DNA of 64,000 nucleotides from Candidatus Cloacimonadales bacterium (GTDB lineage: Bacteria; Cloacimonadota; Cloacimonadia; Cloacimonadales; JAFGVF01): the NCBI GenBank assembly GCA_963663475.2, contig CAXXJV010000001.1, positions 1,696,001 to 1,760,000 of the forward strand, written 5' to 3'. The translations under genes were made by a program, and so were the position numbers. Below, one piece after another: positions 39,989 to 50,524 of this stretch; within the stretch, counting starts at the first letter, position 1, and every line of letters starts with the position of its first letter. The notes under the pieces are model-generated. The model was given only the letters and a program-made list of their open reading frames with translations. It had not been told where the DNA came from and searched no databases.

Positions 39989-42900
39989 ATGCTTATGCAC
40001 AATAAGAAAAAATGCTATTTTCTTATACTTTATTTACTTATATTTAACTTGTCTTTGTTCGCTAATTTACCAAGTTTAGACATTGAGGCTGAGGTAGAAT
40101 TTTCTGTTAATCCAGAAAGATTCATTTTTAACAGAACAAGCACTTCTAGCTTTACCTTAGAAAATTTCACATTCAATACTAATACAACTGAATACAATTA
40201 TTCTACATTCTATCCTGCGGATTCACTAAAAATAACCTTTCCTTCTGCAGGTAATTATCAATTAGAAACTACTTTCTATGGCTCAATTTCAGGTAATCAA
40301 ACAACATTCATACAAGCTTTAGTAAATGGCTGCATTTGTGTTCCTTTGATAGAAGCTGAATCTTCTACAGGAATGGATGGAAATGGTAATCCAAATGCTA
40401 ATACTAACAGTAATGTACTAACTATAGTTTCTGATCCAGGGGAAGCTAATGAAAAAATATATACATTGCGTTTCAGACGCAGAGCTGACACTGAACCTAC
40501 AACAATTGTTATTTCAGAAACAGCTTATGAGTTCTCTGCCTTAGTTACTGGTGTAAGCTCGATTATTAATGGTGATAATATTGCTTCTTTACAAGAAACA
40601 AATTGGAGTGTAAACCCAATCACAGGAACAGCCTATTTTAATGGAAACCAGCTTATCCCCCTAAGTAATGGAGATGTTACTGTTACAGCAACTTTAGAAA
40701 ACGATAATAGTATTTCTGCAGTATCTGAAACTTATACTCTCAGTGGGATTTCTAATTGGTCTCCTCATTTAAGTAGTTTAGAGCTAATAGACAAATATGA
40801 TGTAAATATTAACTTATCTCCTCAATTCACTTCCAACCCCAATGATGCAGGGGACTATACTTGCAGTATTGTTGATGAATATTCTACTTTGAGACTCAAA
40901 CTTAAGGCACCTGTTGATTGTCAAGTTTACATAGATGATGCTAGAGTTTCCTCTAACGGTTGTAGTTATCTCAAAATTCCACCGACTGATCCTATAAACG
41001 GTCCTCTTTATATAAACTATGTAATCAAAGTAGAAAACTCTCAAGGTGCAAAATCTTATAATTTAAATATTCAGCGTGAAGTGAAAGAGAGGTTAAAATA
41101 TGGTAGAACAAGTGGAAATCCTCCCCATCTAGCTTCTGCGATTGGAGACGTATTTGGTTTTAATACTGTTCAAACTGATAAGTTTTCAATTCAGGCTTGG
41201 GTTCGGTGGACCTCTGAAACTTCAGAAGGGCAACCTTGGGCAAATATAGCGTCACAGACCTATTCTTCAAGTGGTTCTAATGGAACTTTTTGGCTTCAAC
41301 ATAACTACAATAATACATCATTTGAGTTTGCTATTAATCCGACTGGAACAAGAAGATATGTTCTTTCAGATGCTAGCAAAGTGACTATTCAAAGAGGTGT
41401 CTGGTATTTAGTCACAGGTGTTTATGATGGTGACCGTTCTCCTGTAAGAATTTATATCAATGATGATGATGTTTCTGATAGAGGTGTTTATACTGAGGGA
41501 CAAGTTTTAGCTCCTGATGCTTCTGCAGCCTATAATTTCAATGTTGGTAAAATGCCTTATGGAGGAAGACAATTCCCTGGGAATATCAGAAATCTACGCA
41601 TTTGGGTTGAAAAAGCTCTCACTGCAACTGAGATAGCAAATGATTTTCCTAATACTCCTTTAGCAGGTTCTAGTGAAGATGATTCAGATTTCTCATGGCC
41701 ACTTAACGAGATATCTAACGGTTCTATATCAAATGGAAATGGTTCACTAAATTTATCAATGGTTGACGTCCAAGAAGATGACTTCGTAGCCTGTTGTACA
41801 AATAATAGAGCTTCTGGAAAAGCCTTAGTCCATAGACCAGAAAAAATGGACTTAAGCTCGGCAACTTCTGAGTCAGTGATTCTCTTTCAAGCAGATGGTT
41901 ATAGTGGAAATAATTTTAAATTCAATATTTTAGGTCCTTTAGAGAATGCAAGTAAGAGTATGGAAGTTTGGGACCATAATTCTAATAGTTGGAAAACTAG
42001 TGATGTAATATCAGAGGGAATAGCCATAGATTCTGAGCTTGGTAACCCAACAACTGGAACTTATTTTTGGATTCCAGTTCGTCTAGCTACTAGTACAGAT
42101 GGAGCTGGACGTTATGTAGATGATGACGATGACGATGACTACGATGGTAACGACACAGATGCTCAAGGAAGAACACAATACAATACTATGCTACCCCTAC
42201 CAACAGTCGCACCAATGAATGATCCTTTTACAGTTTCAGGGACTCTTATCGGTAATGAACAACACCCGTTAACAGAGAAATATGTCATATTAGGTTATGA
42301 TGCAGTTGAAAAAGGTAGATTAATAACTGGAACCTCAACATTAACAGCTTCTAAGGATGGCAAATCTAATGGTTCATATACATTAGTTAGTGATGTTCCT
42401 TTATATAGAGTAGAAGTTAGAACCCAAGATGATATTCTTGTTACCGATGTAGATAATGCAGAAGGATGGGACGAAACTCTAGAAAATGGTGGAGTTATTA
42501 ATCTAGACCCAATAACCCTCCCAGTTGAATTAAGCTCTTTCACAGTATCAGCTATCTCAAACGGTGCTAAGCTACAGTGGGTGACTCAAACTGAAAGTAA
42601 TATTTCAGGATATCATGTATATAGAGCTTTAGTTGAAGACTTCTCTCAATCTGAATTAGTTTCTCCAGTTATTGAATCTAATAATTCAGTTCAGACTCAG
42701 ATTTATTCATATACTGATAGTGATATAATGCTGAATGTTGATTATTATTACTGGTTAAAAGCTACTGAGTTTAGTGGAGAATTTCGAATTTATGGCCCCG
42801 TAAGTATTTTTCTTGAAGAAAATGAAGTTACACCTGAAGTCCCAATTTTCATCACTGGTATTGAGAGTTTATATCCTAATCCTTTTAATCCGCAAGTTAA

Positions 42901-43111
42901 TATACGTTATAGTTTAAAAGATAAGGGAAATGTAAGGATATCAATATACAATCTTAAAGGGCAAAAAATTCATCGGGATGAAATTATATCTCAAGAAAAA
43001 GGTTATCATAGTTATGTTTGGGATGGACGCAAACAAACTTCTGGTATCTACTTCGTAGAGTTTGTCAGTGGAAAATATAAAGAAGTTCGAAAAGTAACTT
43101 TAAGAAAATAA
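39989..43111 (+). CDS. Secreted multidomain protein (Ig-like, cadherin-like, LamG/ConA-like) with C-terminal sorting domain
   Basis: Signal peptide; NGDVTVTAT; KSYNLNIQR; FSIQAWVR...WYLVTGVYDG...FPGNIRNLRIW; LPVELSSF; YPNPFNP...IYNLKGQ. Confidence 0.85.
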   Translation: MLMHNKKKCYFLILYLLIFNLSLFANLPSLDIEAEVEFSVNPERFIFNRTSTSSFTLENFTFNTNTTEYNYSTFYPADSLKITFPSAGNYQLETTFYGSISGNQTTFIQALVNGCICVPLIEAESSTGMDGNGNPNANTNSNVLTIVSDPGEANEKIYTLRFRRRADTEPTTIVISETAYEFSALVTGVSSIINGDNIASLQETNWSVNPITGTAYFNGNQLIPLSNGDVTVTATLENDNSISAVSETYTLSGISNWSPHLSSLELIDKYDVNINLSPQFTSNPNDAGDYTCSIVDEYSTLRLKLKAPVDCQVYIDDARVSSNGCSYLKIPPTDPINGPLYINYVIKVENSQGAKSYNLNIQREVKERLKYGRTSGNPPHLASAIGDVFGFNTVQTDKFSIQAWVRWTSETSEGQPWANIASQTYSSSGSNGTFWLQHNYNNTSFEFAINPTGTRRYVLSDASKVTIQRGVWYLVTGVYDGDRSPVRIYINDDDVSDRGVYTEGQVLAPDASAAYNFNVGKMPYGGRQFPGNIRNLRIWVEKALTATEIANDFPNTPLAGSSEDDSDFSWPLNEISNGSISNGNGSLNLSMVDVQEDDFVACCTNNRASGKALVHRPEKMDLSSATSESVILFQADGYSGNNFKFNILGPLENASKSMEVWDHNSNSWKTSDVISEGIAIDSELGNPTTGTYFWIPVRLATSTDGAGRYVDDDDDDDYDGNDTDAQGRTQYNTMLPLPTVAPMNDPFTVSGTLIGNEQHPLTEKYVILGYDAVEKGRLITGTSTLTASKDGKSNGSYTLVSDVPLYRVEVRTQDDILVTDVDNAEGWDETLENGGVINLDPITLPVELSSFTVSAISNGAKLQWVTQTESNISGYHVYRALVEDFSQSELVSPVIESNNSVQTQIYSYTDSDIMLNVDYYYWLKATEFSGEFRIYGPVSIFLEENEVTPEVPIFITGIESLYPNPFNPQVNIRYSLKDKGNVRISIYNLKGQKIHRDEIISQEKGYHSYVWDGRKQTSGIYFVEFVSGKYKEVRKVTLRK

Positions 43112-43127
43112 GCTAAACATGTATGTC

Positions 43128-43156
43128 AATGGCCCTGATATTAAGGGCCATTTTTC
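43128..43156 (+). terminator. Intrinsic terminator
   Basis: AATGGCCCT-GATATTA-AGGGCCATT-TTT. Confidence 0.7.
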
Positions 43157-43418
43157 TTATGGCAAGGATGGCATAAGTCATATTAATATTACAACCTTAC
43201 AGGCTTACTTTTATATGCAAAATAACCCAGAGTTGCAAGCCCTTAAGGATTTTAGTCTGGGCTAATTTATTAATCCCCTCTAGTGATATAAGACCTATCC
43301 TTTCAGCCTTATGTCTTATTCAGCAAAAGGAATATAAACTCAAATAGTACATTCTAAATCGTAAACTACTGTAATACAATGTCTAGTTCAAGATAATGCT
43401 AAATAATTACCACAAGAC

Positions 43419-45722
43419 TTAAACTCTATACTTCTTCAGCATTCTTTTAATTTCAGAAGCTTTAATTGGCTTAACTATAAAGTCATCCATGCCCACTTTA
43501 TAAGCATGTTTTTTAACCTCATCAATTACATTGCCAGATACAGCAATAATCGGTAAATTAATACCCTTATCTCTAATCATCTTAGTTAGGTCAAAACCAG
43601 TAACTTCAGGCATCTGGATATCCATAAAAATAGCATGATAGCTGGTTAAATCAAGTTGTTTAAGGCATTCTCTCCAGTTGGAAGCAATATCAACTTCAAC
43701 TTCAAGCTTATGGAGAATTGCCGAAATAACTTTTTGGTTTATTAGGTTATCTTCCACTACAAGAACTTTAGTATTTGGGAATAAATCCTGATCAAAATTA
43801 CTTTCTTTCTCCTCTTGAATCTTGTTAATATCACCTAGAGCAAGGTTTAAATCAAGATAAAAAACAGAACCTGGATTAGAGGAAGAAGCTTTAAGATCAG
43901 GGTTTGGGCTAAGCAATTTAATATCACTTTGCATAAGGTGGGCTAATTGCTGGGCGATTGAAAGGCCTAAACCAGTTCCTGATATTTTCTTTGCTAAGGA
44001 ACCATCTACCTGTTCAAAAGCCTCAAAAATTGTATTTTTCTTAGCCTCAGGAATACCAAAACCACTATCAGCAACCGAAATTCTGAGAGTAATTCTTTCT
44101 TTACTTCTGCTTATTTGACTTATAGAGAACTTAATAATCCCTTCTTGAGTATATTTTAAGCTATTACTAAGTAGATTTATAAGAATCTTTTGCAGAGCCA
44201 TTTCATCACTATAAACTACAAGTTTCTTATCAGATAGTTTCTTATATTCAAAGGTTAAACCTTTAGTTTTAGCTTGAAGACTATAAAGATTAGCCATTTT
44301 ATTGAAGAAGGGGATAATGTCGAAATCATCAGCTGAGAGTAAGAGTTTATTAGCTGATATTTTAGAAAAGTCTAAGACTTGATTAATTAAACTATAAAGG
44401 ATATCACTAGATTGCTGTATAACCTCTAAATATTCTTTTTGTTCAGCAGAAAGCTCAGTAGAATTCAATAATTCAGAAACTGAAATTACCCCATTAAGAG
44501 GAGTTCTCAACTCATGAGAAATACTAGCTAAAAAATTATCTTTAGCTCGGTTAGCAATTTCAGCAAGCTCTTTTTGCTCCTTTAGTTCACTTGCATACCT
44601 ATTCTTTTCTTGCATGTTCTTAACAAAAGCATTGAACCACATCTGCAATTCACCTATCTCATCGATGGTAGTGATTTGAATTTGTGAGTTTAAATCATAA
44701 CGATTCTTGGAAATATCTACAAATGCTTCCGTTAATTCTTTGATAGGAAATAATACTCTTTTAGCGAATATATAGAATATAATTGCAGAAAAGAAAATAA
44801 TAGTTACTAGACCTATTAAAGAGATCTTGAGAGAATCAAATTGAGTATGCCAGAGGTACTGACTACTAATAAAAGTAAAAAACTTAAGACCATAATCTTC
44901 TAAATTGTATTTTAAAAGCAGGGCTTCATTACCTGCAAAATTTATTCTATCAAAATTATGTAACCTGTCTTTACTTATATCATTAATAGCTTTAAAATCT
45001 GATCCGACATAGGTCTTTTCAGGGCCTGCAATGATATTACCATTATAATCAACAACAAAACTTGAGAATTTTTGCGAGAACTCACCTTGAAAATTCCTGG
45101 CTATGCTATCGATAGAATAATGAACTACAATTGTCGCAATATAGTTCTCTTGCATTGTTTTGTGGTCTAGGTAAGTTAGTTTCTTAGAAGCAAGTAATGA
45201 ATAGGCTTGAGGATTATCATAGTTTGGACGAACTCCATGCCAGAAGATATCTGAGTTTAATGCATTATTTTCTGCTAAAATTTCAAAGAAATCATCGGAA
45301 GGTATATCATCAGCTTTTAATAGAGATCTGCCAAAATGATAACGATTGAGGTTTTTGGAAAAGATATCTATTGATTCAATACCTTCAAGATTAATATAGC
45401 CTGCAAGAACATAGCCAATGTTAGCTTGAATTTTAAGTTTCTGGTAGATGGTTAAAGTGTCACTCTCTGCCTGAAGACTCTTTATCACGTCTTCAACATT
45501 GGCAATATTATTCATCAAGTTTTCCACAGTAGCTAGTTGGAGAGAAGTGTATTCAGCTTTTTGTTTAAGAAGTTCAAAAACATTCTCTTCTAAATGATTC
45601 ATCATGGATTTGTTTGAGCCATAAATTGCCCAAGCCATGAGGAATAACAAGGGAACAACCCCTAACAATAGAAAGGTTGTTATGAACTTTAAAATTATTG
45701 AGTGACTAAATTTTCTTTTCAC
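43419..45722 (-). CDS. Hybrid sensor histidine kinase (Cache-like, HAMP, HisKA, HATPase, receiver)
   Basis: SHELRTPLNG, NLLSNSLKYT, DSGFG, GTGLGL, VEDNLINQ, MDIQMP, KP. Confidence 0.95.
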   Translation of the reverse strand: MKRKFSHSIILKFITTFLLLGVVPLLFLMAWAIYGSNKSMMNHLEENVFELLKQKAEYTSLQLATVENLMNNIANVEDVIKSLQAESDTLTIYQKLKIQANIGYVLAGYINLEGIESIDIFSKNLNRYHFGRSLLKADDIPSDDFFEILAENNALNSDIFWHGVRPNYDNPQAYSLLASKKLTYLDHKTMQENYIATIVVHYSIDSIARNFQGEFSQKFSSFVVDYNGNIIAGPEKTYVGSDFKAINDISKDRLHNFDRINFAGNEALLLKYNLEDYGLKFFTFISSQYLWHTQFDSLKISLIGLVTIIFFSAIIFYIFAKRVLFPIKELTEAFVDISKNRYDLNSQIQITTIDEIGELQMWFNAFVKNMQEKNRYASELKEQKELAEIANRAKDNFLASISHELRTPLNGVISVSELLNSTELSAEQKEYLEVIQQSSDILYSLINQVLDFSKISANKLLLSADDFDIIPFFNKMANLYSLQAKTKGLTFEYKKLSDKKLVVYSDEMALQKILINLLSNSLKYTQEGIIKFSISQISRSKERITLRISVADSGFGIPEAKKNTIFEAFEQVDGSLAKKISGTGLGLSIAQQLAHLMQSDIKLLSPNPDLKASSSNPGSVFYLDLNLALGDINKIQEEKESNFDQDLFPNTKVLVVEDNLINQKVISAILHKLEVEVDIASNWRECLKQLDLTSYHAIFMDIQMPEVTGFDLTKMIRDKGINLPIIAVSGNVIDEVKKHAYKVGMDDFIVKPIKASEIKRMLKKYRV

Positions 45723-45730
45723 AGTTTTTT

Positions 45731-46675
45731 TTATTCTGTAACTACTATAACACTAACTGTTACATTTTCTATAGCTTCATCATTCAATAACTTATAAGCC
45801 GTTTCAACTCCTTTATAACCTTGGATATCTGCCTGCTGGTCAATAGTAACTGCTACTGCTCCAGATTCTAAATGTGGTTTTATCTCTTTAATGTTATCAA
45901 AGGCTGCTACTTTAACATTAGTGATGTTATTTTCTTTTAAGAATTGAACTACTCCTAAGGCCATCATGTCATTAGCACAAAAGACTAAATCTATATCTGA
46001 ATTAGCTTTCCACATATCTGCAAAGACTTCATAAGCTTCATCTATTTTCCAATTTGCACTTTCACTGGCCAGCAATTCAATGTTTTTGTTTTCTTTAAAA
46101 GCACGTAAGGCACCATTCTTTCTATCAATACCATTCTGGGCTGATCTGATACCTTCTAAAATGACTGCTTGACTCTTATTAGTAACATCTTTGCTAATAT
46201 ATCTTGCTGAAAGATAACCACCTTCCTCGTTATCAACACTAATAAATGGAACATTTTTAAGTTCATACTTTTCAGAAGTATCCTTATCTAGTTCATTATC
46301 AATGTTAACAATAACTATTCCTGCTTTTTGAGCTTGAGCTAATATGGGTACTAATTCAATTGAGCTTGCTGGAGCTATAACAATGGCATCAACCTTATCT
46401 GAGATGAGTTTTCTGATAATGTCAATTTGCTGGGCTATAGCAGTTTCTTGTGAACCTGTTTTTACAATAAGCTCTATCCCTAAATCTTTCTCAGCTTCTC
46501 TAGCCCCTTTCTCCATTGTAAGAAAAAAAGGATTGGTTAATGTTTTCATCACCAAAGCAATTTTATACTTACTTGGTGTTTGATTATCTACAGTATTTTC
46601 TTCTTTAACTTGTTTTTGGCAAACAGTTAAGGATAATAAAATTATCAAAATTAATAAGACTTTAACAAATTTCAT
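45731..46675 (-). CDS. RbsB-like sugar-binding lipoprotein
   Basis: Lipobox LTVC; TLTNPFF, VDNEEGG, CANDMMALG. Confidence 0.9.
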   Translation of the reverse strand: MKFVKVLLILIILLSLTVCQKQVKEENTVDNQTPSKYKIALVMKTLTNPFFLTMEKGAREAEKDLGIELIVKTGSQETAIAQQIDIIRKLISDKVDAIVIAPASSIELVPILAQAQKAGIVIVNIDNELDKDTSEKYELKNVPFISVDNEEGGYLSARYISKDVTNKSQAVILEGIRSAQNGIDRKNGALRAFKENKNIELLASESANWKIDEAYEVFADMWKANSDIDLVFCANDMMALGVVQFLKENNITNVKVAAFDNIKEIKPHLESGAVAVTIDQQADIQGYKGVETAYKLLNDEAIENVTVSVIVVTE

Positions 46676-46685
46676 AGTGTCTCCT

Positions 46686-47435
46686 TTAATCTAAATCATT
46701 AAGTTTAGTTACAGCATTTTTCATTGTCATAACTTGAAAATTTTGTTCGTAAATCCAAGCTATAATATCTTCAAAATCTTTTATTGTGCAGTTATCTACT
46801 GCCAAGGTAGGATTATCGCTAACCCTATGAAAGCCAATAATAACTAAGGCCTGACCATTATTACAAGCCCTAATAATCCTTTGCTTAACCATTTCTGGAT
46901 TATATTGAGTCTGGTAAGCAAAATAACCCAAATCAAATCTATTTAAAGGAATGTACATGTCTTTGTCAATACTATTTCGAATATTTTTATAAAGCCCCTT
47001 GATTATGTCATAATCTCGCAAAGTTGCATGTCCACCTGGAAGAGCAAAACTTGCCAACTCTAGTCCTTGATTTGTAAAATTATGATAATCTTCCACAATT
47101 TGATAATAAGCTTCTTCATAGGTTACTTCTGCTAAATCAACATGATCTATTGTATGTCCCGCAATTTCCCAGTCATGATCAGCTAGATTTTTAATCTGGT
47201 TCCAAGAGACTCTTCCTACATTACCAACCATTCCACTATTAATGAAGGTAGTTGCAGTATATCCATATTGCTCAAGTAGAGGGAAAGCATTTTCATAGGC
47301 ATTCAAATGACCATCATCAAAAGTTAGACAAATTATGGGCTTGTTAATCTCTTGACTATAGCTGTCACAACTAGTCAAAAAAAGACTTAATATTACTATT
47401 AATAAGAGGAAAATTAAATTTAGTTTGTAGGCCAT
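46686..47435 (-). CDS. Polysaccharide deacetylase (CE4) lipoprotein
   Basis: Lipobox LTSC; LTFDDG, EIAGHTIDH. Confidence 0.9.
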   Translation of the reverse strand: MAYKLNLIFLLLIVILSLFLTSCDSYSQEINKPIICLTFDDGHLNAYENAFPLLEQYGYTATTFINSGMVGNVGRVSWNQIKNLADHDWEIAGHTIDHVDLAEVTYEEAYYQIVEDYHNFTNQGLELASFALPGGHATLRDYDIIKGLYKNIRNSIDKDMYIPLNRFDLGYFAYQTQYNPEMVKQRIIRACNNGQALVIIGFHRVSDNPTLAVDNCTIKDFEDIIAWIYEQNFQVMTMKNAVTKLNDLD

Positions 47436-48528
47436 AGCTAATAATATCCTGTTTGTTTGAAGTGTAAAAGTATTCAGAATTCAAAGCAATATCCCAAAGA
47501 GGGTGAAGTTGAAAATTGATTATGAGTGAATATTCTCTCTGAAGTCTTTCTAAATAATTAGTAAATTTATAAGCAGGAGAAATTTCCCATTTATTCCAGA
47601 AAAACCTTAACCTAGTATTTACTTCATAAATCTTGTACTTATCCCAGTTCTCAACCTCATAATAAAATGCAAGTTCAGGAATAATATTAGGTGAAAGTTT
47701 AAAACGTGCTTCCGTGAAATTCTTCAAGACATTTGCTTTCTCAGAAGAAAGTTTTCGATAATAATCAATTAGGGAAAAATGTAGCATATTCTGAAATGTG
47801 AGAAGATTGGTCTGCCAATAAGTTTGATTATTGAAATTAAGAGCTTTAGCATTGAATCTATTATCTCGAGATACTAAGATAAAACTTTGTTGACTAAAGA
47901 AATTTCCTTTATCAAGTCTCATTTCAAGTGCTCCGATTCCTGTATTATGATCATTTCCACCTAATAAGTAGCTAAGCATGAAGTTAGGGGAGACTTTATG
48001 CTTAATAAGACCACCATTGAATCGATAATCACTAATAAAATTATTAGCATTCCTGATGTTATTTAGGTCATTTTCATAAATAAAGTTATCTTTTCCTAAG
48101 CCAATTCGATCAAATACCCAAGCTAGATCCAAGATTTGATTAGATTTATATTCGACCTTAGCTGAATAAAGATAAAGTTTCTTGTCAAATACTTCAGGAT
48201 AATATCTTACTTCTGCTGTAGTTGCTATTTTGTCATTGAGAGATTTCTGGATATTCAAATACCAATTATGGTTAGATTTGTACTCAAAATCTTTCTTGTC
48301 ATTGTTTTGATAATAGTAACCACCAACATAGGATTTTATCCCCATTTCAATGTCTAGGGAATTTTCAAAAGACAAGAGAAGAGATACAGGGAGTAAAAAC
48401 ATAATTAATAAGAAATTTTTTACTATTTTTTCTTTAGTATCTTCTAGTAAAACATTGGCTATTCCTGCAATATAATCAAGAAAATTCCTAACAAAACTAA
48501 GAAAATTTTGGTCTTGTTTACTCTCCAA
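47371..48528 (-). CDS. Putative outer-membrane beta-barrel protein
   Basis: Aromatic alternating beta-strands, near-terminal YGLQTKFNF; TTG start with strong RBS GGAGGT. Confidence 0.6.
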   Translation of the reverse strand: MESKQDQNFLSFVRNFLDYIAGIANVLLEDTKEKIVKNFLLIMFLLPVSLLLSFENSLDIEMGIKSYVGGYYYQNNDKKDFEYKSNHNWYLNIQKSLNDKIATTAEVRYYPEVFDKKLYLYSAKVEYKSNQILDLAWVFDRIGLGKDNFIYENDLNNIRNANNFISDYRFNGGLIKHKVSPNFMLSYLLGGNDHNTGIGALEMRLDKGNFFSQQSFILVSRDNRFNAKALNFNNQTYWQTNLLTFQNMLHFSLIDYYRKLSSEKANVLKNFTEARFKLSPNIIPELAFYYEVENWDKYKIYEVNTRLRFFWNKWEISPAYKFTNYLERLQREYSLIINFQLHPLWDIALNSEYFYTSNKQDIISYGLQTKFNFPLINSNIKSFFD

Positions 48529-48733
48529 AGGACCTCCCCTAATAAGCTAATAATATTTATACAATAATTGTATTTCTTATTAAAAATGCAAGTAATATTT
48601 TGATTTCTTTTTTAATATTCAGATAATAATGCAGTCTTCACTTGCTTTATCACTTAATTCTACCCAAATCTTTATTGCACCATTATACAGATGATACTTG
48701 ACTTATGACAAGCTATAAAGAAACTTGTTTAAG

Positions 48734-48944
48734 ATAATCCTAATAATACAGTAGCTCTTTGTGAATAGCAGAATATTCTTATGCAAAAGTAACTTACATA
48801 ATTTTCATGAATGTATATATATTATATGCTTTATTATATGCTTTCAAATTCTGCAAGTTATTTTGCTATAATAATCTGCACTCTTCACCTGTGATAGCTA
48901 GCTTTAGTCAAGTATTACGAATGCTCTACTACATATCTAGGATA
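48734..48944 (+). mobile_element. Family C element with nested 30-bp insert and local microduplication
   Basis: Aligns by eye to 35755-35921; insert at 48889-48918. Confidence 0.75.
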
Positions 48945-48975
48945 ATTACTAAGTAATATAGGAAAAAGAGGAAAC

Positions 48976-50448
48976 ATGAAAAATAAATTAAACTTAATCT
49001 TACTATTTGCTTTTGTAGCTTTGTTTGGACAAAGTCCAGACCAATTAGCCAGTAGATTTTATCAGATATCAGACCAATATGATGCAATAGGAGCTTCCTA
49101 CTGTTTAGTAACTGGAGATCAGATATACAACTATTCTTATGGTTGGAAAGATTATGATAGACAGCTCAGAATTGATAGTGATACAAAATTTAGAATAGCT
49201 TCTATCTCAAAAATTGTTACTGCTCTTGCCGCTATGAAGCTTGTTGAGAATAATCTTGTAGATTTAGATAGTGATGTTTCTTCTTATTTGGGATTTACTC
49301 TAAGAAATCCAAACTTCCCAGATAATCAAATAACCCTAAGACACCTGCTTACACATACTTCTGGCTTAAGAGATAGTAATGCTTACACAAATTTCATAAG
49401 TCAATCTTACTCTCAAACCCCCCCTGCTATATCTCAACTGCTAATGACAAGTGGTAGCTTTTATAATTCTTCTATTTGGACAAGTTATTATGAACCTGGC
49501 CAAGCAAGTGGTTGGGATTACTCTAACCTGGCTGCTGGACTTGTAGCAACTTTAGTTGAAAATGTTGCTCAAGAACATTTCTCTACTTATGTTCAAGATA
49601 ATTTCTTGAATCCTTTGGGGATTGAAGCCTGTTGGAATAACTTTTCTGCCTTAAGTGATATAAATGATTTAGCTGTCTTATACAGATACGTAGGTGGTCA
49701 GCCTAGTCCTCAAGCAGATAATTATCAAGGTGTCTATCCTGAAGAGATTGATTTAAATCAAATACCTTTTGGCTGGAATGGTTTAATCTATGCCCCTCAA
49801 GGTGGATTAAGGATTAGTACTAGTGACCTAGCTAAAATATTCATGATGATGCGGGATAGAGGGTCTTATAATGGGCAAGTTATCCTAGAAGAAGCTACAA
49901 TCAATCAGATGGAAGACTTAAATTGGACAGGTTCAGGTTTAGGAGGTTTCTTTACTCAAATGGGCTTGCAACTTCAAAGAACTTATGACCTTTTCCCTAA
50001 TGAACTATTCTTTGGTCATGCAGGGGAAGCTTATGGTTTAATTAGTGATGCTTATTATAACCTAGAAAGAGATATTATCTTAGTCTTTCTTACTAATGGT
50101 GGAAATTATTCTTATGGAAACCTATTTTATGATTATGAAGAATCTATCTTCTCAGCTACTAAAGAATGGTTGGATGCTGTTTCTAATAATAACCAAGTTA
50201 TTGCTAATGAGGATGTTAATATTTACCCTAACATTATTAATTCTCTTGATCAGAAAATCTCAGTTTCTACTAAGGATAAGCTTTCTTATATGGCTCTATA
50301 TAACTTAAAAGGACAGTTAATTAAGAGATTTACTAATCCCAAAAAGGAAATTTCTCTTAAGCAAACAAGGTTGGGAAGTGGTTTTTATATTCTTAAAATT
50401 GCTAGTGGGAATAAAATATTCACCAGGAAACTGATAATAAAAAAATAA
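48976..50448 (+). CDS. Secreted serine hydrolase (class C beta-lactamase/PBP-like) with C-terminal sorting domain
   Basis: FRIASISK (SxxK), LLTHTSG, YSN (YxN), GHAG; IYPN...LYNLKGQ...SGFYIL. Confidence 0.9.
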   Translation: MKNKLNLILLFAFVALFGQSPDQLASRFYQISDQYDAIGASYCLVTGDQIYNYSYGWKDYDRQLRIDSDTKFRIASISKIVTALAAMKLVENNLVDLDSDVSSYLGFTLRNPNFPDNQITLRHLLTHTSGLRDSNAYTNFISQSYSQTPPAISQLLMTSGSFYNSSIWTSYYEPGQASGWDYSNLAAGLVATLVENVAQEHFSTYVQDNFLNPLGIEACWNNFSALSDINDLAVLYRYVGGQPSPQADNYQGVYPEEIDLNQIPFGWNGLIYAPQGGLRISTSDLAKIFMMMRDRGSYNGQVILEEATINQMEDLNWTGSGLGGFFTQMGLQLQRTYDLFPNELFFGHAGEAYGLISDAYYNLERDIILVFLTNGGNYSYGNLFYDYEESIFSATKEWLDAVSNNNQVIANEDVNIYPNIINSLDQKISVSTKDKLSYMALYNLKGQLIKRFTNPKKEISLKQTRLGSGFYILKIASGNKIFTRKLIIKK

Positions 50449-50524
50449 GATTTGTAAATTTGTTATAGGTGATTAACTTATTTAAAATAAATATTTTATC
50501 CTAATTAGAAAAACTGGAGTTGAG

